Positions 22,701-31,891 of a stretch of DNA of 64,000 nt are shown here, one piece after another. The notes below the pieces were generated by a model. The model did not search any database, was not told the origin of the DNA, and was given only the letters and a program-made list of their open reading frames with translations. The stretch lies in the IMG/VR virus record IMGVR_UViG_3300040801_002079, positions 252,802-316,801 of that record; one strand, written 5' to 3'. A program made the position numbers and the translations under genes. How positions within the stretch are numbered: position 1 is the first letter of the stretch; each line of letters begins with the position of its first letter.

Positions 22701-25700
22701 AGGCTACAGCGCACATTCCGAGCATTGAGCGGTCAAACGATTGATACGGTATGGCGGAGACACTATCCAGATAAACGAGTTGTCGAGTCTCACCCCAATC
22801 TAGTCAGTATATCCGGCATACAAAACATGATTGATTTTGTAACGGGATATGAAGATTACTTATATGATCGCGGATTTGTATGTAAAAATCCAGATGGGGA
22901 TAATTATGACCTATCTACTGGAAGAACTAATGATTGGCAGTTTGAATTAGAGAAATTTATATCTAACCTTTATAGGCTAAGAAGTAGAAGACAAGAAGAG
23001 CCATTGGAATATAAAGTATCAGTTAATAGTGTGGACAATAACATAACACTATTGGATGGTGCATACTCAAGTTGGCAGAATGGTACGCGGGTTGTAATTG
23101 TGGAAGGAGATGATGAGGCCCAATTACCCCAACCATTTGATTCAACACTATCGAACGCATTCCCCTATTACATTATACGAAGCGCTCATGATAATATTTT
23201 CCAGTTAGCCTATACCCATTATGATGCAATGAGGGGCAATGCCATTGATATCATAGATGATGGAGTGGGGGATATAAGGCTTAAAGTCTTTAAGAGATTG
23301 ACAAATGCTCCAGAATTAGAAATAAACCCACTAAAATCATCAATATGGGTTAAAAATGATCAGGGTGTTATGAATGATGTATTTCATGGCACAAACCTTG
23401 ATGTTGTCACATCACAAGCTGTATTTGATAACAATAAAAGGGAAATGAACAGCAATGAAATAATTGTATTCAGACAGGATCATGAAAATAAAATAACAAT
23501 AACAAATGAATTACGCAATTATACAATAGATGCTAAGGTTCCCATCAACAAATATATGGCGGGAATGAATTTATATTATGATGGATATGAGCATATCATA
23601 ACATTTGAAGAATATTCAACCGACGACTCTTTGATATACGATCCATTCTTGGGCGTATCAACACTTAACTTCAGAATCGAATTTAACCGACAGAATGATA
23701 CTACCTTTAGGCCAAATGTTGGTGGATACACATTACTTGATAATGAATTATTGCAAAATCTAGAGTCCTCTGTAAATGACGTTAGAATGATGTACGACAC
23801 ACATAAGACACTGGAAACTAAGCAGTTAACAGAATATGTTCGCAAATCATTAGGATTCGATGAAAAGGATTATATGAATGACATTTCATTAAATCCTAAA
23901 ACACAGTTCCTATTTTATAAAGGAATGATTCAGAATAAGGGTACAAATTTTGCCGTAGATGCATTCACAAATCAAACGCTATTTGAAACTGCCGAAATCG
24001 ATGAATTCTGGGCGTATAAGCTTGGAGAATTTGGTGGAGCAAGAGAGCTTAGTTATCCTGAAATGATACTAACCCCCGATGATGTTGTTCGCAGAGAACT
24101 AAGATTGGAGTTCTTATTGCCGGATGAAGGAAGTCTACATTCGTCATTTGTTCCGGTTAGAATAACTGATCCGGAAAGATGGTGGGACCAGCCAGATCAA
24201 CTACAAACAATAAAACCATATGACGGATTCTGGTTCAATATTGATGTTCTTGAGCAAATCGGAAATTCGGAATACAACATAGAATACATTAATGGTAATT
24301 ACATCTTAGATTTGGGTAAGATTGTTAACTCTGTAATTTTGACACATTACAATCCCGAAAGTGAACTCGTTGAACAACTGCAAGAGAATTTACATTTCGT
24401 CTATATGAGTAATAGGGCGATAAAGTTCATAAGAGATGCGGATGATGTTCCCGTTGCAGATTTGCCCCCAGACTCTGCGTTAAAATATCAAGACCTAACT
24501 GTTAATGTGGTAACATATCACTATGATGCCATAAACCCAGCTAAAGTTATTGACAGAGACTATGACCTTGGTAATTATGATGATACGGGAATTGATGCTA
24601 AGGCCGCAAAAGTTATAACGGAAGTGCCGGTTTGGAATCCAGCCTTTGGACAATATTCACATATTGTAGATTTTGTTACTAATATAAAGAGTAGCGAAGA
24701 CCAAGCAAACTATACCAATTATCCAGACGGCACTTCCCCCGATTTAACACCATGGCTATTTGACATGGTTGGTACCGTATGGATGGACAATAGTATAGAG
24801 CATTATGTTCCATATTATGACAAAACTGCCATGCCTAATTTCGATAAAAGAATCTTCTTATGGGGCACATTGGCTGAATGGGGCGATATAGCACTATATG
24901 AGTGGTCACAATCACTACTTCCACCAGAAGAATGGGACGGAGACGGTTCCCCTAGAACACTAATCTATAAAAATGATGCAGCAGACCCTGTAAATGATGA
25001 TCCCATTTGGGTTGAAAATCCAGACCCCGATGTGCATGAAGATTATATTGCAGGCTTGGTTACTCCAACCAATAGCACATCCTTAACTGGTGAAATAGAG
25101 GCATATATAAATGGTGAATATGATCAAACCCTAACTATAAACACCCCGGATGATTTTGTAACATATGCTCTAACTTTGCCGCAAGAGGTTCATGTTCATT
25201 TGATGCATCGGGGGTATGTCCCAACAGAGGATGATCTAAGTGATAATCTATATAAGTATGATACGCCATACTGCAAAGAGACTAGGTATAATTCGGATAG
25301 TAATGAACCATATGATGTATATTATTTCTGGGTAAGAAACCGTGAAACAAAGAGAGAATTTCAGAATGGCAGCGTAACAGTAGTTGAAGCGGAAAAGATA
25401 TCTAAGAATATGGATTCGCCGTATATGATTATTGAGGGATTGCGTAGCAATGAATTTGGTTATGGAATAATTTACGGCGCAACATTTGATCCATTTGAAT
25501 ATGATGTTCCAAATAGATATACTCACGCAATAATAAAAGGACTAAGAGGAACTGTTAAGGGACATTCTCGCTATACGTTAAGGTTCACACGAGACTTTAA
25601 CTTGAGAGATGAGATAGATGATGATCTAAATCTAAAAAATGTCCACGAGGAATGGAAGTTATTTAGAGAAAAGCAGTTTTCCAAGATTGATATCGATTTA

Positions 25701-26999
25701 TGGGAAAAAATAATCGAATCTATGATAAATCATCCTGTATCTAATAAGGTTGTGGATGTGGATACAACAATTCCTACGCTCAATAGAATTCTATATGATG
25801 ACCTTTATCAAAAAGATACAAAATATGGATTAGGAACTGAACAGGTATTAACTGACGGCGAACTTGCCATACAGACGGTCACATCCATTCTGGATGATCC
25901 AGATAGGGAATTTATCGGCATAAACATCGATGAGTTTAGGCAGAATAATGGGTTTACAACGCAAACGGATATTGTAAACTCAATGTATGAAATTTATAAT
26001 TCATTCTCTGTTGTTGATGTCAATTATATATTTTTCCAAGTTTTACTAGATGCATTCAGCCTTAAGAAGGAATTTAAAGACATATTTAAAACCTCTTGGG
26101 TTGCATTGCAAATTACTCAAAATATTACGTCACCTGAGAATATTGAACTTGATATTGTTGAAGTTGAAGAAGGCGGGGATTGTTCGCTACCCATAAGTAA
26201 TATACCAGATGAAGAGATTTCACCACCTCTCCCATCCGCATCAATGACCCCGACTCCAACGGTTACGCCAACCATGACTCCAACGGTTACGCCCACAACT
26301 ACCGTTACCCCAACCGTTACCCCGACAAATACGGTTACACCAACAAATACTGTAACTCCAACTGTTACTGTTACACCAACACTAAGTGCTACAGTTACGC
26401 CTACTGTAACAGTCACTCCGACAAATACTGTAACTCCAACACAAACTGCTACGGTTACGCCAACTCCAACACAAACTGCTGCGGTTACCCCAACAGTGAC
26501 CCCAACAGTGACTCCCACAATAACCCCAACGGTTACACCGACTCAAACTGTTACACCTACGGTAACGGCTACGCAAACTGTTACACCAACCGTTACACCA
26601 ACAAATACGGTTACACCAACTCAAACAGTGACTCCGACTCAGACTGTAACTCCAACAAACACGGTTACACCTACGGTTACACCAACACAAACTGTTACCC
26701 CGACAAATACGGTTACACCTACGGTAACGGCTACGCAAACAGTGACTCCGACCCAAACCGTTACACCTACTGTTACACCGACAAATACGGTTACACCAAC
26801 TCAAACCGTTACACCTACTATTACACCGACTCAAACAGTATCCCCAACGGTTACACCAACTCAAACCGTTACACCTACTGTTACACCGACAAATACGGTT
26901 ACACCAACTCAAACCGTTACACCTACTGTTACACCGACAAATACGGTTACACCAACTCAAACCGTTACACCTACAATAACACCTACCCAATCTGGATAA
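16785..26999 (+). CDS. Giant virion (baseplate-associated) structural protein, 3404 aa, with C-terminal Thr-Pro tail
   Basis: GTG start with AGAGGA RBS and late promoter; lies between gp6- and gp15-like genes; WVPPIDIDKIINYQDYFW; two PYYIIR..FxLA modules. Confidence 0.7.
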   Translation: MNNSDYKKNRININELLPDLISNTEISKSIQENLFNRFLSKDEYQRVIGVIGTPDPRDPTSFRIPENNEYRENYQLQPVAHAKVGSVDYHLSFHDLMRRLEYLGVNTERFDEWGNSMQFNWVPPIDIDKIINYQDYFWVSENFDDVPQYITVKNLCTWAQARSIQAKKTVISVQQPIDINSINENIIELSGNVVSKYSPGEHLIVYNSNESEYVVVTIKTVDFNLSSSNTDIIVDTRLSSDLNTAARIEFPIIGVISAEKSIILEGDLTNIFAPEYIFSLTKSIGTVTTYHTVSSASYDTLQNQTTVVLKENLEALNWKYASTLPQILMNDEEARSRCNENYTSTLFTQWKDEYIGRLIWSPNKLIIQSSGSGRTELGEDSFYEESLLLVTSGVKRGDVLNILEGKSEGQHEIISVNQNPVTGSVLGVDPSAFFFTEYNVSYQIYREQTTALITRSEDDVPSSPEIYDLWINSDDGNLYQWTGSTWRLVANNIDVLVASLYGRHLLDFNEDDAWAKENKWIHKTQLSTFESATRAQIPIIEYEPYIKKSTTSYSSKEWKYRVDSTNEYFETDASPRMFEIQDIRITESGNEFSFMTDTKILLHEKFGNLVDDIQIGERIEFNDFSENISTKIVKDVEFYRVFPKSRHQTVITLTTPVNDPFDLPVGAHIGPQETSLGDPWIGIDEGHWLFEGVVNIQASSIEPEPNPMLNELFESKYVPKQTGARTLDIQSLDFEDIESLEVIEALETIVQGAYNYETNIGPVWQTFSLPDSIQITAPRFVFDPTLHTLALYEDYQEGDMRVYINGVRQYGNFFDIRSEIYPDFVGGIQFDDDTVITNLDVIRIELGEYAKYEIGKRAVTIPTEAGLEPYNLVDVRAMEQIKTDTNQYIYFNVYDVDTQPKIFANTIFKYNESDEYSVSPYILERVVADPATKTYEFVNELFNHETEELYCYYDAKYVGNELQNLWKRGLNNEQYVPKKIDNTDYWKLPNQMYYNPQHRNRRVVSFQDVYRHFRSIAQSQTTPGIYSNVTNLFHLDDRVNFGLGGTIKEHNDNFDILISTIFLNNVNPIKLYQFAHDQYRLNFKWLEEKFIDSFEMLVSDTQSNTTDTLSATISEYLIDAFETNDKLSQWFGDSSTYNEATDTGIKNWIATTPYFGMNYLYMPYMNIDERYGIYELFHHDGHRRQIELSASLKEQLNKRLLALDIASEQVVNNDLDPFPFSIEGRAVKRGDYLVRTVLQDKTRKVYRRNYNNVWEEFPYEKILAETYLDVEKRLYDNCPSYDELVFDFSTVENDVEYSSTLEKQFVKYGNSRGIDYLYANEIFYTGTDPFTWNYYYTPIPSHPVTGIESSDVAGSWQALYEKVYNTPYPHLEPWKLQGYRDLPDWWLNRYKVTDGTRRWSSEMWDNVLAGRVPTGRTLPDGEISAGARNEVNSYDYVSVNIDNFPTHDGYDSDELLPPYWNSSNSELSTVRSLYDPDANDFIQSPDLDFDWGQNGTQEWKWSASAQRIYDELITAFKLQPLKFTARTYGIEKAEINCLQIDSLTKSPYAVRKTLFHGDIDPDTNSVITINGAGQWYSHYNRSHNFDGESSEYRTLWKDWDIPLSYEFNAFIDTPSFRIENANFDITTKDYSVEVKKTHGIDLKSIFGLRARILSVPSKYAKNRDYGLGWTAEFFNTSPDNNDINVYGTENYDYRVKSDNETLRLFSYPISGADVSRQRGLQVANYNQQALLSDETLYPSTVTPFFADILIDGIKQIELVVRGTEVKTISDLLDSLNLQLGTNATATLEQGNIYIRSDTTGASSSIEITDRGLFTTSHQSYSSLQPPTTEPLEFNRVFTIKGNYTSVFPEKSEVVITDSTNYNGTYTVFGTFYDVPNNETHIHVDEFVTIPDTTVDGFIEPADALTLPEEWVTGTELFLNGNSDAPPPLDNTLPYYIIRLSDREFKLAETEVLAYKGTAISGISDSFINTMIGRLQRTFRALSGQTIDTVWRRHYPDKRVVESHPNLVSISGIQNMIDFVTGYEDYLYDRGFVCKNPDGDNYDLSTGRTNDWQFELEKFISNLYRLRSRRQEEPLEYKVSVNSVDNNITLLDGAYSSWQNGTRVVIVEGDDEAQLPQPFDSTLSNAFPYYIIRSAHDNIFQLAYTHYDAMRGNAIDIIDDGVGDIRLKVFKRLTNAPELEINPLKSSIWVKNDQGVMNDVFHGTNLDVVTSQAVFDNNKREMNSNEIIVFRQDHENKITITNELRNYTIDAKVPINKYMAGMNLYYDGYEHIITFEEYSTDDSLIYDPFLGVSTLNFRIEFNRQNDTTFRPNVGGYTLLDNELLQNLESSVNDVRMMYDTHKTLETKQLTEYVRKSLGFDEKDYMNDISLNPKTQFLFYKGMIQNKGTNFAVDAFTNQTLFETAEIDEFWAYKLGEFGGARELSYPEMILTPDDVVRRELRLEFLLPDEGSLHSSFVPVRITDPERWWDQPDQLQTIKPYDGFWFNIDVLEQIGNSEYNIEYINGNYILDLGKIVNSVILTHYNPESELVEQLQENLHFVYMSNRAIKFIRDADDVPVADLPPDSALKYQDLTVNVVTYHYDAINPAKVIDRDYDLGNYDDTGIDAKAAKVITEVPVWNPAFGQYSHIVDFVTNIKSSEDQANYTNYPDGTSPDLTPWLFDMVGTVWMDNSIEHYVPYYDKTAMPNFDKRIFLWGTLAEWGDIALYEWSQSLLPPEEWDGDGSPRTLIYKNDAADPVNDDPIWVENPDPDVHEDYIAGLVTPTNSTSLTGEIEAYINGEYDQTLTINTPDDFVTYALTLPQEVHVHLMHRGYVPTEDDLSDNLYKYDTPYCKETRYNSDSNEPYDVYYFWVRNRETKREFQNGSVTVVEAEKISKNMDSPYMIIEGLRSNEFGYGIIYGATFDPFEYDVPNRYTHAIIKGLRGTVKGHSRYTLRFTRDFNLRDEIDDDLNLKNVHEEWKLFREKQFSKIDIDLWEKIIESMINHPVSNKVVDVDTTIPTLNRILYDDLYQKDTKYGLGTEQVLTDGELAIQTVTSILDDPDREFIGINIDEFRQNNGFTTQTDIVNSMYEIYNSFSVVDVNYIFFQVLLDAFSLKKEFKDIFKTSWVALQITQNITSPENIELDIVEVEEGGDCSLPISNIPDEEISPPLPSASMTPTPTVTPTMTPTVTPTTTVTPTVTPTNTVTPTNTVTPTVTVTPTLSATVTPTVTVTPTNTVTPTQTATVTPTPTQTAAVTPTVTPTVTPTITPTVTPTQTVTPTVTATQTVTPTVTPTNTVTPTQTVTPTQTVTPTNTVTPTVTPTQTVTPTNTVTPTVTATQTVTPTQTVTPTVTPTNTVTPTQTVTPTITPTQTVSPTVTPTQTVTPTVTPTNTVTPTQTVTPTVTPTNTVTPTQTVTPTITPTQSG
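26244..26990 (+). repeat. Coding low-complexity repeat (TPTV/TPTQTV/TPTNTV)n, about 250 aa
   Basis: Direct translation; near-perfect 48-nt units at the 3' end. Confidence 0.95.
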
Positions 27000-27023
27000 T
27001 AAATACACATGAGGTAAGGTATA

Positions 27024-27809
27024 ATGTCTGACACATATTTAAATGAACATTTTAGGGACTTTTATCACGGAGATTACTTTTATAATTATGTCCTACAATT
27101 CATGGCTATTTTTTCCGGCTTGCAAGTTTCTATAGGTAAAAGTGATTTTGACACCGAACAAGAAACCATATATGTTCCTATACGATATGGAACATCCGAT
27201 AAAACAGTTGAGTGGATAGTTTCTAGTCAAACTGACAATAAACCATTAAGACTGCCTGTTATGGCTGCAAAAATAGAAGCAGTTGAATTAGCACCAGAAT
27301 TAAGAAAGGGGATGCATCAGGAAGCTGCCAATACACACTTGCCCCGAGGGGCATCATTGCCGGATGGGATGAAAGTTATTCGACAAAAGCAGCCAAATCC
27401 ATGTAGAATAACATTCAATTTATCAGTCTTTAGTAGCAACAATAAAAATCGGTTTGAAATAATGGAACAAATTCTTAGACTTTTTGATCCAGATATTCAG
27501 ATATACACTTCAGACGATTTCAAAGATCATTATAAAATAAGTAAAGTCGAACTAACCAATATATCAATGGAAGAGGAGTATCCCATGGGCACCTCAAACC
27601 CATTAATTATCGACAATTACCAGTTTATGACAGTGGCATACATTAGAGCACCCATTGACCTCAAAGAATCATTTGTTAAGTCAATTAGACTAAGATTGGA
27701 TGCAATCTCAAGTTTACCAGTATCGGATGCTGTGGTAGAATTAAATAACTTCGGTAATACTGGAGATATTTTATTTGATGTTGATGATATGGACATACCA
27801 AAAAATTAA
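27024..27809 (+). CDS. Tail sheath stabiliser/terminator, gp15-like
   Basis: YVLQFMAIFSGL, VPIRYG, LRLPVM, FEIMEQILRLFDP. Confidence 0.75.
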   Translation: MSDTYLNEHFRDFYHGDYFYNYVLQFMAIFSGLQVSIGKSDFDTEQETIYVPIRYGTSDKTVEWIVSSQTDNKPLRLPVMAAKIEAVELAPELRKGMHQEAANTHLPRGASLPDGMKVIRQKQPNPCRITFNLSVFSSNNKNRFEIMEQILRLFDPDIQIYTSDDFKDHYKISKVELTNISMEEEYPMGTSNPLIIDNYQFMTVAYIRAPIDLKESFVKSIRLRLDAISSLPVSDAVVELNNFGNTGDILFDVDDMDIPKN

Positions 27810-27845
27810 TGATAAATAGTGTTATATTGCTAGGAGATTATTAAA

Positions 27846-28073
27846 ATGAGTGATCCAAAAGACTACTTAAGAAAAATGATAGACCACACTATTGATGGGG
27901 ATATGGAAAGTGCTGAACAGGCATTCAAAGATTACTTAGTTCCCAAAACTAAAGAAGTAATGGGGATGGGGGCACCGGAGGCTCCAGTAGAAGAACCTGC
28001 ACCTGAAGAGCCAGTAGCGGAAGAGCCAGTAGCGGAAGAACCTCCACCTGAAGAACCGCAACCAACTGAATAA
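27846..28073 (+). CDS. Small acidic protein, possibly gp67-like prohead core protein
   Basis: MIDHTIDGDMESAEQAFKDYL helix plus acidic EEPVA-repeat tail; GATAAATA at 27811 and GGAG RBS. Confidence 0.5.
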   Translation: MSDPKDYLRKMIDHTIDGDMESAEQAFKDYLVPKTKEVMGMGAPEAPVEEPAPEEPVAEEPVAEEPPPEEPQPTE

Positions 28074-28107
28074 ATAAAGTTTTACACTCCCCTCTTTTGA
28101 GTGTATC

Positions 28108-28132
28108 GGGGGCAGCACTGCCCCCTTTTTTT
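28108..28132 (+). terminator. Rho-independent terminator
   Basis: GGGGGCAG-CA-CTGCCCCC followed by T7; a second hairpin lies at 28083-28105. Confidence 0.85.
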
Positions 28133-28162
28133 ACGAAAAACTAAAATATTAATTACACACTT

Positions 28163-28170
28163 CATAAATA
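28163..28170 (+). promoter_or_regulatory. Late promoter for tail sheath gene
   Basis: CATAAATA after the terminator and before an AAGGAG RBS. Confidence 0.75.
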
Positions 28171-28219
28171 GTTACTGAACATATAACTTAATTTTAGGTA
28201 TCTAAAGGAGTGATTAATT

Positions 28220-30367
28220 ATGCCTAGTTTAATAAGCCCTAATGTATCAGTTACGATCATTGATGAGAGCTTTTATATTCCCGGAAGAGCTACTACGGTT
28301 CCTCTTATCTTCATCGCAACTGCTGACAATAAAATGCAATCAGATGGTATTACACCAGCCATTGGTACATATGAATATGGTGTAGTAAGAGAAGTGACTT
28401 CTATTCGCCAGAGTGCTGAGCTTTACGGCGTACCTATATTCAAAGAAAGTGCAAGTGGTGAACCCCATCACGGCGATGCAAGAAATGAATATGGTCTTGA
28501 CGCTCTAAACAAATTCTTGGAAATCGGTAACCGAGCATATGTTGTTCGTGCAAATGTAAATTTGGATGATGATTATGACAGCGTTAAAGCTCTATGGAAC
28601 GGCAAAGTCACCGATTCAGCCGATTACCTAAACCAATTGGTTGGCGATTACATTGAAGAATACAATGTTGAAAATGGATTAATCCCTGCTGATTCAAACT
28701 ATAAAGAAACAGTAACTGCTACAGAGTTAAAGACTCTTGTTACCACAGCGTTTGAAGATACTTTAAATTCATATTCTTTCAGTAGCCGTGAATTTGAAGA
28801 AGGATTCATTCAGGATCACACAATTGATCACCCCGGATATCAGGAAGTACTTTTTGATACAGACCGAGGTTATTTGCAGAACACAGACGTTACGGGTGTA
28901 GAAAATGATAGCACTCTTTACGGAGCAGATGTTGAAGTTGTTTCGGGAGCAGGTACAGTTGTTTACAACCTATATTTCCAAGGCTCAACGATTCAAACAT
29001 TTGGCGCACTTTTAACCCAAATGAATTCAGTATTTGGAACTGAGGCTGTTGCTGAGCTAATTGCTGGCAACATTAGAGTAACCAGCACTCTAGACGGAGT
29101 TACATCATCAGTAGAAATTCTAGCTGATGGACCAAGTGGTTATCTGCCCCTATTTTCAAATCTAAGCCTATTTAAGCAGATCGATGATCCAGTTGCAGGC
29201 AAGGGCGTTAGTCCACTTATTGTCTACAATGATGCATATGACACCGCTGTTGGAACATATGACGGCATGGATGCACTAATAGATTCTTGGGTTTCCGGCT
29301 CACTCGTAGCAGACGAGTTCACTCCAGCCGAAGCTGAAGGTTTAGCTATTGCAGCAGCCTCTGATTATGACAATACTAAAGAGTTCAAAGATTACACCAC
29401 TCTGGGCGCTAATGATGCAGCAAGAAGAGCAGAAATTGTTGAAAGGCTACAGGAAGTCATTAATGACCCATATACTGGAGTCCGAGGTGAAAACTTTGAA
29501 TACAATATTGCAATGGCTCCCGGATACTTTGAAACTACGGATGAGCTTGTAAGATTGTCTCAAGATTTATACGAAGAAGTCTTTGTAATTGCCGATACAC
29601 CGTTTGATAAGCCACCAATTGGTCCGAACAGTATCGCAGTGTGGGCAGCAACCCCAGCAAAGACAAGTTCATATCATGTTGCATACTACTATGCACACGG
29701 TATATCTTCAAACTTGGATGGAGAAGACATTATGACATCAGCAGCATCAACCGCACTACGTGTTTATGCGTACAACGACCTAGTTGGTGAAATGTGGTTC
29801 GCTCCTGCTGGTACTACTCGTGGTACATGTCCTCACCTAACAAGTGTTGGTTATGTCAGTGGAGCACTAGGTGGGCCAACCACTTGGGTGGAGGATCATC
29901 TTGATGATGGTTCCCGTGATTCACTATACGAAGAGCCTAAGAACATCAATCCAATTGCTTATAAGGCGGGAAGAGGAATCTTGGTTCTTGGACAGAAAAC
30001 TACATCACCCAATACATCAGCTTTGGATCGTGTTAACGTATCCCGCTTGGTTAAGTTTATCAAGAGAGAGTTAAGAAAAACACTGTTCCAGTACCTATTT
30101 GAACCAAATGATAGGTTTACCAGAGCAAATGTTAAGGCTACGACAGATAGCTTCCTAGTAAGCCTGATTGATCGTAGAGGATTGTATGATTTCGCCACTG
30201 TGTGTGATGAAACAAATAACACTCCTGACCGTATTGACAGAAATGAGCTATGGATTGACGTAGCTATCAAGCCTGTCAAGGCAGTTGAGTTCATTTATGT
30301 TCCAATCCGCGTAGTTGCTACCGGTGCAGACATTGGTGGAAGACAGGAATCCGGATTTGACGTATAA
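28220..30367 (+). CDS. gp18: Tail sheath protein gp18-like
   Basis: LISPNVSVTIIDES, WFAPAGTTRG, NINPI, GQKT, LDRVNVSRL, FEPND, IKPVKAVEFIYVP. Confidence 0.95.
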   Translation: MPSLISPNVSVTIIDESFYIPGRATTVPLIFIATADNKMQSDGITPAIGTYEYGVVREVTSIRQSAELYGVPIFKESASGEPHHGDARNEYGLDALNKFLEIGNRAYVVRANVNLDDDYDSVKALWNGKVTDSADYLNQLVGDYIEEYNVENGLIPADSNYKETVTATELKTLVTTAFEDTLNSYSFSSREFEEGFIQDHTIDHPGYQEVLFDTDRGYLQNTDVTGVENDSTLYGADVEVVSGAGTVVYNLYFQGSTIQTFGALLTQMNSVFGTEAVAELIAGNIRVTSTLDGVTSSVEILADGPSGYLPLFSNLSLFKQIDDPVAGKGVSPLIVYNDAYDTAVGTYDGMDALIDSWVSGSLVADEFTPAEAEGLAIAAASDYDNTKEFKDYTTLGANDAARRAEIVERLQEVINDPYTGVRGENFEYNIAMAPGYFETTDELVRLSQDLYEEVFVIADTPFDKPPIGPNSIAVWAATPAKTSSYHVAYYYAHGISSNLDGEDIMTSAASTALRVYAYNDLVGEMWFAPAGTTRGTCPHLTSVGYVSGALGGPTTWVEDHLDDGSRDSLYEEPKNINPIAYKAGRGILVLGQKTTSPNTSALDRVNVSRLVKFIKRELRKTLFQYLFEPNDRFTRANVKATTDSFLVSLIDRRGLYDFATVCDETNNTPDRIDRNELWIDVAIKPVKAVEFIYVPIRVVATGADIGGRQESGFDV

Positions 30368-30387
30368 TCAAATCCACATGTAAAAAG

Positions 30388-30414
30388 AAAGCCCCGATTT
30401 TTCGGGGCTTTTTT
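30388..30414. terminator. Bidirectional rho-independent terminator
   Basis: AAAGCCCCGA-TTTT-TCGGGGCTTTTTT between convergent genes. Confidence 0.9.
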
Positions 30415-30437
30415 ATAACCTAAATATTATTTTTTAA

Positions 30438-31157
30438 TTAGAGTTTAATAACGTATTCGTAATAATTCTCTAGCCTGTCATCAAATTTCTTTTTATATTC
30501 CTTTTCAAACCGAGTTAAATCAACATCTATAGCTTCGGCTGCAATCTTTTTAAACTTCTTAAAGGTGCTTCCAAAATACTCATCCTTTAACTTATCTAAG
30601 CTGCGAACAAGAATCTGCTTCCTACCTTCATCTGCGGTATTTTCAATTTTCTCTTTGATATCAGCAGACACATCCTTATATTCTTGAATTCTGCGCTTCA
30701 TTGCTTCAATTACAATATTATACAGTTTTTCGAAGTTTTTATCATTATTGATTTCTTTGGCAGATTCGTATTCAGTTTTAAACTCAACCTCATCATTTTT
30801 ATAGTTATCAATGAAGCTAACTAATTCATTTTTAATTTTATTATATACTTTCTTGCTGGCAATGAAATCATCAATATCTAAACGATCCGGGTAAGTTGAT
30901 GTGGAAACAACAATGGTGTGACCATCTTTTTGTGTATTCTTGGCGAGACGGACAAACTCTTTATCAGAATTCAATATGGTCATATACAGTTTTGTATAAG
31001 GTGATCGCTTAACCATTATTCCGATATTAAAATCTAAGCGAGAGTCGCTATAATCGATATGCGATTCATCCGCATTATTAATAACCTGATGAAGAACGAT
31101 ATCTGCCTCATTCTGCGAATTGTTAATTTTTTCTATTAGAAATTCCCTAAAATTCAT
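30438..31157 (-). CDS. Hypothetical protein, possible internal head protein
   Basis: 239-aa ORF, GGAG RBS, minus-strand GATAAATA at 31227-34; N-terminus MNFREFLIE. Confidence 0.6.
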   Translation of the reverse strand: MNFREFLIEKINNSQNEADIVLHQVINNADESHIDYSDSRLDFNIGIMVKRSPYTKLYMTILNSDKEFVRLAKNTQKDGHTIVVSTSTYPDRLDIDDFIASKKVYNKIKNELVSFIDNYKNDEVEFKTEYESAKEINNDKNFEKLYNIVIEAMKRRIQEYKDVSADIKEKIENTADEGRKQILVRSLDKLKDEYFGSTFKKFKKIAAEAIDVDLTRFEKEYKKKFDDRLENYYEYVIKL

Positions 31158-31198
31158 AGTGTACTCCAGCTAAAAATTTAAAAATATTTTTCATTACC

Positions 31199-31234
31199 TA
31201 TAAATATATGTAACGATTTACTACTGTATTTATC
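31199..31234. promoter_or_regulatory. Face-to-face late promoters for the tail tube gene and the 30438-31157 gene
   Basis: TATAAATA on plus 31199-31206; GATAAATA on minus 31227-31234. Confidence 0.7.
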
Positions 31235-31250
31235 TTAAGGAGTTTTTACA

Positions 31251-31823
31251 ATGGGATTAATTAGCGATTTAGGTGTAGAAGGCGGTGGAATTCACCACCC
31301 ACAACACAAAAACAGATGGGCATTAAACTTTCTTGGTCTGCCCGGAGATGCACACGAGCTAAGGTTACAGGCTATTACCGCTGATCGACCTAAATTAGAA
31401 TTTGAAAAGATTCAGCTTGACAGATATAATACACGAGCATACATTGCTGGTAAATATAACTGGCAAACAATCTCTGTGACATTTGAAGCAGACTTGGGTG
31501 GTCTTGTTGTTAGAGCTATTCAGGCTCAGTTAGAGCGTCAGCAGAGCATTATTGGTCCCGGCGCAGCCCCAAGGCTACCAGCAGCCCCTTATGGCGATAT
31601 TTACAAATTTGGTATTCATCTAGATATGCTTGATGGTGAATCATTAGTTCCTATGGAGCGTTGGTTCATTGAAGGATGCTATTTTGAAAACGTTGATTGG
31701 GGCGATTTGGATTATGCGGCAAGCGAAACAGTTAAAGTTGTTACTACAATCAGCTACGACCACGCAAGACAGTTAATTCAGTCTACATACCCATACTCCA
31801 AGGCAACAGGTGGCGCAGCTTAA
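31251..31823 (+). CDS. gp19: Tail tube protein gp19-like
   Basis: PQHKNRW, RPKLEFE, YIAGKYNWQTISVTF, WFIEGCY, WGDLDY, ISYDHA. Confidence 0.85.
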   Translation: MGLISDLGVEGGGIHHPQHKNRWALNFLGLPGDAHELRLQAITADRPKLEFEKIQLDRYNTRAYIAGKYNWQTISVTFEADLGGLVVRAIQAQLERQQSIIGPGAAPRLPAAPYGDIYKFGIHLDMLDGESLVPMERWFIEGCYFENVDWGDLDYAASETVKVVTTISYDHARQLIQSTYPYSKATGGAA

Positions 31824-31848
31824 TACTCCCGCCTAAAATTGGTATCAG

Positions 31849-31879
31849 AAAATGGCTTCTTAACGGAAGCCATTTTTTT
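31849..31879 (+). terminator. Rho-independent terminator abutting a late promoter
   Basis: AAAATGGCTTC-TTAACG-GAAGCCATTTTTTT; TATAAATA begins at 31879. Confidence 0.8.
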
Positions 31880-31891
31880 ATAAATACTTTT

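Noticed and set aside
26244-26990. Possible CRISPR array
   Set aside because: Units are codon-multiple tandem repeats without unique spacers; no cas genes
26117-27008. Antisense ORFs rich in GVTV and CNR repeats
   Set aside because: Shadows of the Thr-Pro coding repeat; no RBS or promoter support
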